Assembly: GCA_947170165.1 (NCBI GenBank)
Contig: CAMVSK010000012.1
Coordinates: 2,332-66,331, forward strand
From: an uncultured Bacteroidales bacterium
GTDB taxonomy: Bacteria > Bacteroidota > Bacteroidia > Bacteroidales > UBA932
Length of the DNA: 64,000 bases
Reading direction: 5' to 3'
Shown one piece after another: positions 55,582 through 61,549 of the stretch. The position numbers were made by a program, and so were the translations under genes. Positions within the stretch are counted from its first letter, which is position 1. Each line of letters starts with the position of its first letter. The notes beneath the pieces are model-generated. The model was not told the DNA's origin. It ran no database searches and saw only the letters and a program-made list of their open reading frames with translations.

Positions 55582-56160
55582 ATGTTCTCACTCATCACCC
55601 TTCCTTACGCACCCGACGCGCTTGCACCTGCAATCAGCGCCGAGACCATAGCCTTCCACCACGGAAAGCACCTGCAGGCCTATGTAAACAACCTGAACGC
55701 GGCCATCGCCGGCACTCCTTTCGAGGGCAAGCCCCTCGAGGAGATAGTCCGCACGGCCGAAGGTGGCATCTTCAACAACGCAGGGCAGATCCTCAATCAC
55801 AATATGTACTTCCTGCAGTTCCGCGCGCCCAAGGCGGATAACAAGCCAACCGGCCGCATTGCAGAGCTCATCGACGCACAGTTCGGCAGTTTCGAGGCCT
55901 TCCAGAAGGAATTCGCTGCAAAAGGCGCCGGCCTCTTCGGCTCCGGCTGGGTCTGGCTCAGCGCAGATCCGTCCGGCAAGCTCGTCATCACTCAGGAAGG
56001 CAACGCCGGCAACCCCATCACCAAGGGGCTCAAGCCGCTGCTGACCTTCGACGTGTGGGAGCACGCCTATTATATAGATTATAGGAACGCGCGCCCGGGG
56101 TACATCAGCGCCCTGTGGAGCATCATCAACTGGAACGAGGTCAACGCACGCCTGAAATGA
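55582..56160 (+). CDS. sodB: Superoxide dismutase, Fe/Mn family (Fe-type signature residues)
   Basis: LPYAPDALAP, FHHGKH, FNNAGQILNH, FGSGWVW, DVWEHAYY. Confidence 0.95.
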   Translation: MFSLITLPYAPDALAPAISAETIAFHHGKHLQAYVNNLNAAIAGTPFEGKPLEEIVRTAEGGIFNNAGQILNHNMYFLQFRAPKADNKPTGRIAELIDAQFGSFEAFQKEFAAKGAGLFGSGWVWLSADPSGKLVITQEGNAGNPITKGLKPLLTFDVWEHAYYIDYRNARPGYISALWSIINWNEVNARLK

Positions 56161-58058
56161 TTCTGAATCTGATTCTATCGGTAGTGGTCGGCGGAATGCT
56201 GGGCCACGCAATCGACGCGGGCTACGACGGCCGCCTCGCCCAGTACATCACCGGCCCCGACAGCTACGCCATCAACCTCTTCTCGCCCGAAAAGATAGCC
56301 CAGGGCAAGGGCGGATGGCAGGGGGAGCACGCCGGAAAATGGCTCTACGCCGCATCCAAGGCTTACGAGCGCACCGGCGACCCGGTCCTGCTTGGTAAGC
56401 TGGTTGCGGTCGCGGACTATCTCATCTCCCGCCAGGAGAAGGATGGATATCTGGGCTGCTACCGCGAAGACAAGCGCTATTACCACCGGCCGGGTCCGGA
56501 GGCGATGAAGGTGGACTGGGATACCTGGATCATGGCATATTTGATTAAGGGCTTCACCGAGGCGAGCGTGGCAACTGGCGACCCCAAGTACGCCGACTGC
56601 GCGCTGCGGATAGTGGAATTTCTGCACTGGACCGTGTTCGAGCAGGGAATCAAGATCGCCCAGACCGGGCAGCACAGCGGAATGGCCGGCTGTGGAATAC
56701 TGGATCCCCTCTGCGACCTGTATGCCCTGCGGCCCGAGCCCAAGGTCCGGGAGATGATCGAGCGCTGTATTTTTGAGCTGGACGACACGCCCTGCCTGCA
56801 GCTGATCACGCTGGCGGGGAAGGGGTACGACGTTGCGCTGATAGGCAACGGCAAGATTTACGAGATGCTGCGTTGCCTCACCGGTATGGCGAAGGCCTAT
56901 CAGCTTTATGCAGACGGGTCCCTGCCTGGCGGGAAGTCCAGCTCCGATCCTCTGCTGGCGGCCTGCACCAACGCCTGGGAAAGCATATGCAAATGGCATC
57001 TGACCACCCTCGGAGGCCCCTGGGGCGGCATCAACTTCTGCTGGGAGCTTTTCAACCGCCTGGCCGAGTGGGCGCCCTACGAGTGCACGGAGACCTGTTC
57101 CGTGATGCAGTGGCTGAACTTCAACTGGGAGCTGCTGCGCATCAGCGGCGACGGCAAGTTCGCATCCGAGATAGAGAAGACCGCATATAATGCCTTGATG
57201 GCCGCCCGCGCCGAAGATGGCTTGAGGTGGGAATACTACGTGCGCACCAACGGCGAACTCACTCCCCGCGGGGACTGGGCCTGCTGCTGGAGCAGCGGTA
57301 TGGTCGCCCTCGAGGACCTGCCGTGCTATGTGTATGATGTCCGTCGCGACGGGCTCTATGTGAATGTGATTTCGGAGGGAGTGTTCGAGGGCGAGGTCCG
57401 TGGGAAGAAGGTTCGCGTGGAGCAGGTTTCGGACTATGCCCGGACGGGGGTGGCGGAATATGTGGTGGGCGGACCTGGAGTCTCTGGTGTCTCTGATGCC
57501 GCCGCTTCTCCCAAGACTTTCCTGCTGGCCATCCACCTCCCCGAATGGGCCCCCTCCTTCGAGGCCTCGGTTAACGGCAAACCCGTCAAGGTCAGCGTCA
57601 AGAACGGATACATCCGCATCAAACGCAGCTGGAAGGCCGGCGATCGCCTGACTCTGAAGTTCCCCTACGAGATCCGCACCCTGGAGAAGACCTGGGAATA
57701 CCGCAACGCTGGCAAGAAGGAGTACAACTTCTCCAACTGGTACAACGGTTTCACCAAGCACTACGTGACCTTCAGCGCCGGCCCCCTGGTGTATGCCTGC
57801 GACCACGCCGACTCCTTCGAGAAGCAGAATCCGCTCAAGTTGAGTCGGGAAGAGATCGCCTCCGCCCGGCTGGAGAACGGTGCCACCGGCACTTCCGGCA
57901 CCTCTGGCACTGCCGCCTCTGGCACTGCCGCTTCCGCGTCCGTAATGGCCCCTACACCAATTCTGAAGGTCGGCGGCCTGAACCTGACCCCCATCGCCCT
58001 CCTGCCGCCCTTCGGCGACGGCCTCCAGTGGCGCACCACCTGGTTCCAGATACAATAA
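56157..58058 (+). CDS. GH127/GH146 beta-L-arabinofuranosidase-like cysteine glycosidase
   Basis: GEHAGKWL, ETCSV, ACCWSSG (Zn-Cys ligand motifs), GYIRIKRSWKAGDRLTLKFP, GPLVY. Start at MILNL overlaps the SOD stop (ATGA). Confidence 0.85.
   Translation: MILNLILSVVVGGMLGHAIDAGYDGRLAQYITGPDSYAINLFSPEKIAQGKGGWQGEHAGKWLYAASKAYERTGDPVLLGKLVAVADYLISRQEKDGYLGCYREDKRYYHRPGPEAMKVDWDTWIMAYLIKGFTEASVATGDPKYADCALRIVEFLHWTVFEQGIKIAQTGQHSGMAGCGILDPLCDLYALRPEPKVREMIERCIFELDDTPCLQLITLAGKGYDVALIGNGKIYEMLRCLTGMAKAYQLYADGSLPGGKSSSDPLLAACTNAWESICKWHLTTLGGPWGGINFCWELFNRLAEWAPYECTETCSVMQWLNFNWELLRISGDGKFASEIEKTAYNALMAARAEDGLRWEYYVRTNGELTPRGDWACCWSSGMVALEDLPCYVYDVRRDGLYVNVISEGVFEGEVRGKKVRVEQVSDYARTGVAEYVVGGPGVSGVSDAAASPKTFLLAIHLPEWAPSFEASVNGKPVKVSVKNGYIRIKRSWKAGDRLTLKFPYEIRTLEKTWEYRNAGKKEYNFSNWYNGFTKHYVTFSAGPLVYACDHADSFEKQNPLKLSREEIASARLENGATGTSGTSGTAASGTAASASVMAPTPILKVGGLNLTPIALLPPFGDGLQWRTTWFQIQ
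57879..57935 (+). repeat. Degenerate 9/15-bp tandem repeat encoding GATGTSGTSGTAASGTAAS
   Basis: GGCACTTCC GGCACCTCT GGCACTGCCGCCTCT GGCACTGCCGCTTCC. Confidence 0.8.
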
Positions 58059-58109
58059 TCCTGGTTTAATCGGTCTAACCCCGCTTTAGCCGGATTTCCA
58101 TACTCTCTA

Positions 58110-58198
58110 GTGCTGTCGACGTCCTGAAAAACCGGACGTCGACGGCATTTTAGGCCCTTTTGACGTTAACGTCCGGAAAACCCGGACGTCAACAGCAC
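58110..58198. repeat. REP-doublet (REPIN-like) double hairpin, copy 1
   Basis: TGCTGTCGACGTCC-[TGAAAAACC]-GGACGTCGACGGC, spacer, GTTAACGTCCG-[GAAAACC]-CGGACGTCAACAGCAC. The two ends are also 14/15 inverted repeats. Confidence 0.9.
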
Positions 58199-58317
58199 TT
58201 TTGCCTTCTCCTGATCCACATAGACTCCGATTGGAGCCTTCCACCGACAGAAGTTGAATCGGTTAGCACCCCGTCGATTCGATTAAAGATTTTCTTGATT
58301 CTATCATCTGGATTATT

Positions 58318-58325
58318 TATATTTG
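58318..58325 (+). promoter_or_regulatory. -7 box (TATATTTG) upstream of HUH nuclease
   Basis: Exact TAnnTTTG match 99 nt before ATG 58425. Confidence 0.5.
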
Positions 58326-58424
58326 TCAAAGTTGAAACGTGGAGTTGATAGAAGGGCTGAGATCCCATGCTGTCACTTAAATAGAGCGTTAGAATGAAGT
58401 TGAAGTATTTAAATTTATTGACAG

Positions 58425-59285
58425 ATGGCGTGCTTTCTGGTTACGACCGATCACTTGTCGGATCGGATTTGGTTCAAGGATAAGGAGGACTTCAAGGTCG
58501 GGATGAATTACGTGGCAATTGCTGCATTCATTCTGAACGTGAAGGTTGTGGTATTCATTCTGATGTCCAACCACGTACATTTTATTATTATCTGCAACAC
58601 CGAAGCGGAGGCTCGGGAGTTCGCGGATTATTACAAGAACCTGTACAGCAGATACTACAGGAAAAAGTATGGCATCAACGAGTTCTTGAGAGATGTGGGT
58701 GTGGATGTCCGTGAGATTGAGTGGGAAGGGGAGTCATTCGAGAGGGCTACCGCATATGTTATGATGAACAGTGTCGCGGCCAATATCTGCATGAACTGCA
58801 CCCAATATTCGTGGGGAACGGGATCGCTGTACTTTAATCAAAAGCCGGAAAAGGGTACAATGCTGATGAATATCTCGCGCCGGGCACAGATCAGGCTGCT
58901 TCACAGTAATGTGGAACTGCCGCAGAATATGATCGTGCTGGACGAAGGTTACATCTCCCCGGCGTCTTATGTTGATGTGCAGTTGGTAGAGCAGGTATTT
59001 CGAACCCCTAAACGCATGTTGTATTTCTTGAATACTTCATCCAAGGCGAAGGTTAAGTATTCTGCGATGCCATCATTCAGGGATCAGACCATCATCTCTG
59101 CGGCGGAAGACATTTGCCGCACACTTTTCAGTACCGATTCTATAGAGGCTCTGTCGGAAGATCAGAAAACGGACTTGATTCAACAGCTGCGTTTCAGGTT
59201 CAGTGCCGACGTGGCGCAGTTGTGCCGGGTTATTGGAAGTTCGTATGAAAATGCTTCCAAGATGCTGGATCCTCTGCATATTTAG
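58425..59285 (+). CDS. HUH Y1 tyrosine transposase, RAYT (REP-associated)-like, with C-terminal helical/HTH-like extension
   Basis: RIWFKDKEDF, HUH motif FILMSNHVHF, catalytic-Tyr segment AYVMMNSVAANI...QYSWGT (compare RAYT YIxxNPVxAG...YxWSS). At 286 aa it is much longer than IS200 TnpA. Confidence 0.85.
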   Translation: MACFLVTTDHLSDRIWFKDKEDFKVGMNYVAIAAFILNVKVVVFILMSNHVHFIIICNTEAEAREFADYYKNLYSRYYRKKYGINEFLRDVGVDVREIEWEGESFERATAYVMMNSVAANICMNCTQYSWGTGSLYFNQKPEKGTMLMNISRRAQIRLLHSNVELPQNMIVLDEGYISPASYVDVQLVEQVFRTPKRMLYFLNTSSKAKVKYSAMPSFRDQTIISAAEDICRTLFSTDSIEALSEDQKTDLIQQLRFRFSADVAQLCRVIGSSYENASKMLDPLHI

Positions 59286-59403
59286 ACGTTTAGACGGCGC
59301 AGGTTCCCACATCGATTTCTTTTCAGGTTCTATTTCAAACACCTGCCCAAACGCTTTTCAAGTGGCAGATTCCTTTCAAGAATACCGTCAATATGCTTTT
59401 CGA

Positions 59404-59493
59404 CTGCTGTCGACGTCCCCATATTACGGACGTCGACGGCGTTTTAGGCCTTTTTTGACGTTAACGTCCGTGTTTTCCGGACGTCAACAGCAC
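59404..59493. repeat. REP-doublet (REPIN-like) double hairpin, copy 2
   Basis: TGCTGTCGACGTCC-[CCATATTAC]-GGACGTCGACGGC, spacer, GTTAACGTCCG-[TGTTTTC]-CGGACGTCAACAGCAC. Stems are identical to copy 1 and loops differ; same orientation. Confidence 0.9.
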
Positions 59494-59525
59494 CTACGTT
59501 GAACTGAGACGGGTTTGGAGAGATC

Positions 59526-59710
59526 AGGGGGGGGAATGGTGTGGAAAGGGCGGTGAAAGGGGATGGGGATTGGGACGTGGAAAGGGTGAGGGTGGGAATG
59601 AAGTTGGTGAGAAGGGTGAGGAAAATGGAAAGTAGAGGGAGAATAGGAGAGGAATGAAGATTGAGAGGGTGAAGGTGGGAGGGGTGTTGGAATGCGGGGA
59701 TTGGAGTTTT
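59526..59710 (+). other. G/A-rich, C-depleted tract (14 runs of 3 or more G)
   Basis: Only 3 C in 185 nt (59551, 59576, 59695); G8 run at 59527-59534. Confidence 0.9.
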
Positions 59711-59715
59711 TTATG

Positions 59716-59723
59716 TATATTTG
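59716..59723 (+). promoter_or_regulatory. -7 box (TATATTTG) for upxY
   Basis: Exact TAnnTTTG match 5 nt before ATG 59729. Confidence 0.65.
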
Positions 59724-59728
59724 CCTGA

Positions 59729-60328
59729 ATGACCGATCAGAAATACATACTTTCGAAATCTTCCGGCCAGGAGGAGGTTAGGTGGTATGCTATCCGTGCG
59801 TTCAAGCGGAAGGTGATGGGTATCAGGGAAGACTTCGAGAAGATGGGCTTCAAGACCTACATTGCGATGAGGCGCATAACCGAAGCTGCCGAAGGGCGCA
59901 TTACCCATAAGGATGAGCAGATTATCCCTCAACTGCTCTTCGTGTGCTGCTCACTCGCGGAACTGGACTCATATAAACGCGAGCATGACAAGGATTTTAT
60001 GATTTATCGCCACAAGGTTCTGGATAAAGGAGGATTCCCCGTACTGGAGCCGGCGCCCATACCCGAGGAGCAGATGAAGACATTCATGTTCATTACTTCT
60101 ACCGGAGATGGCAAGGATATCGAATACTATGCAGACGTGATGCCGCACTTCGAGGAAGGAGAGCGGGTTGTCGTGAAGGATGGCATCTATAAGGGCCTGG
60201 AGGGCTTTGTCAAACGTATAAAACGCGATCGCAAATTGCTGGTCGCTCTGGAAGGCGTCGCGGTGGTCGCGATTTCGAATATTCCAATCAGCTATCTGGA
60301 AAAGAAGGCCGACCCGCTCACCAAATAA
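59729..60328 (+). CDS. upxY: UpxY-family (NusG paralog) transcription antiterminator
   Basis: RWYAIR, IIPQLLFV, IPEEQMKTF, KOW region GERVVVKDGIYKGLEGFVKRIK...LLVALEG. Confidence 0.88.
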   Translation: MTDQKYILSKSSGQEEVRWYAIRAFKRKVMGIREDFEKMGFKTYIAMRRITEAAEGRITHKDEQIIPQLLFVCCSLAELDSYKREHDKDFMIYRHKVLDKGGFPVLEPAPIPEEQMKTFMFITSTGDGKDIEYYADVMPHFEEGERVVVKDGIYKGLEGFVKRIKRDRKLLVALEGVAVVAISNIPISYLEKKADPLTK

Positions 60329-60381
60329 GGCCCTGCTGCCAAAGACAGCACTTCAACCAAACAGGCCCTCCAGCTACAAAA

Positions 60382-60407
60382 TAAAGGCATCCCGCAGGAT
60401 GCCTTTA
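60382..60407. terminator. Bidirectional terminator between upxY and wzz
   Basis: Perfect 11-bp stem TAAAGGCATCC-CGCA-GGATGCCTTTA with A/T-rich flanks. Confidence 0.75.
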
Positions 60408-60411
60408 ACTA

Positions 60412-61542
60412 TTATTCCGGTTTAGCCGCAAACTGTTCCTTAAGTTTCGGCCAATACCCTTTGCCGAGGACCCAGCCGCAGGCAAGGACAAAGCCGAGGA
60501 AGGTCCAGACAATGAGTTTCTTGGCGCGGCTGTTGGAAGGCTTGGAAGGAACAGTAACAGGCTGGATCACAGCGAGGACAGGGGTGTCCCGCTTGACCTG
60601 GAGTTTGGCTTGCTCGAGCTGTTTGGCCATATCCATATAAACGGCGTTGGCTACATTGTAGCGGGCCTGGATGCGTTCGCGCTGAATGTCTGAGCGGGAG
60701 CCGATCATACCCTGGGAACGGTCGCGGACGGCAGCCAGTGAGGCCTGCAAGGATTCGGCTTCTTTCTTGGCCTCGTCGTAGCGGCCCTGGATGTAATTCA
60801 AGTCGCGCTGGGCTTTCTCCGTGCGGAAACGGGTGATCTCGGTCTGAAGGAGGTTCTGTGCCTTCAAAGCCAGTTCTGCGGTCTGAAGAGGCTCTGTGCC
60901 GACAACTGTGAGCAACAAGGTGCCCTCTTTTTTGTCAACAGTCAGGCTCACACATCTGCCGATAAGTCCCAATAACTTTACCTCATTCTTCGATAGCACA
61001 ACAGGCTTGGGAGACGCATCCACAGAAGTTGAATCGGCAGGAATCACCACATCGGGTTTTTCCTTCTGCAGGGCCCCCAGGATAGTGAAAGGCAAGCCGA
61101 TAGTATACTTCTTGACCTTCGACATGAACGAAGGCTTCAGGATTTCGGTGTAGTAAGTATAGGTGCTAACAGCAGAGTCCGCCTTTGCATAGTGCAGGGG
61201 CTCATAAAGCAGCTCGCGCTTGAAAGGTACGCTGTTCACAATCTGTGGATATACAAGAGGCGACAGATCCTTGGCGCTCAGGTCCATTCCCATATCCACA
61301 CCTGCGAGAGCCGCGAGGCTGCTCAGCTGGGAATTGTTCTTGGAGTTCATCTGAGGCACCATCAGCGACTGGACCGTGTAGGTGTGCTTCATAGTGAGCG
61401 CGGCAACAAAGCCAAGAGCGATGAATACGCAGGTAATGATGATTATGGTCTTGCGCCCGTCCCAAAGCTGGCGCAGCAGCGCCATGATGTCGATGCCCTC
61501 TTCTTCCTCTTCGGGGATGTTATAGTTCCTGTTTTCGTCCAT
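60412..61542 (-). CDS. wzz: Wzz/FepE-type polysaccharide chain-length determinant
   Basis: EEEGIDIMALLRQLW, two terminal TM helices, SSLAALAG, LSPLVYPQIVNSVPF, TPVLAVIQPVTVP. Confidence 0.85.
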   Translation of the reverse strand: MDENRNYNIPEEEEEGIDIMALLRQLWDGRKTIIIITCVFIALGFVAALTMKHTYTVQSLMVPQMNSKNNSQLSSLAALAGVDMGMDLSAKDLSPLVYPQIVNSVPFKRELLYEPLHYAKADSAVSTYTYYTEILKPSFMSKVKKYTIGLPFTILGALQKEKPDVVIPADSTSVDASPKPVVLSKNEVKLLGLIGRCVSLTVDKKEGTLLLTVVGTEPLQTAELALKAQNLLQTEITRFRTEKAQRDLNYIQGRYDEAKKEAESLQASLAAVRDRSQGMIGSRSDIQRERIQARYNVANAVYMDMAKQLEQAKLQVKRDTPVLAVIQPVTVPSKPSNSRAKKLIVWTFLGFVLACGWVLGKGYWPKLKEQFAAKPE

Positions 61543-61549
61543 GGCAATA

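Larger units (their letters stand above)
58110..59493 (+). mobile_element. RAYT-like nuclease gene flanked by two direct-orientation REP doublets
   Basis: HUH-Y1 gene bracketed by two ~90-bp palindromic repeats not seen elsewhere in the window. Confidence 0.7.

Noticed and set aside
59311-59402. Recurrent TTTCA(A) pentamers before REP copy 2
   Set aside because: Irregular spacing (12-24 nt) in pyrimidine-rich DNA and no counterpart before copy 1.
58110-59493. CRISPR array or IS200/IS605 element with TnpB
   Set aside because: Only two repeats 1.2 kb apart, no spacers, no cas or tnpB, and the nuclease motifs and length fit RAYT-like proteins better.
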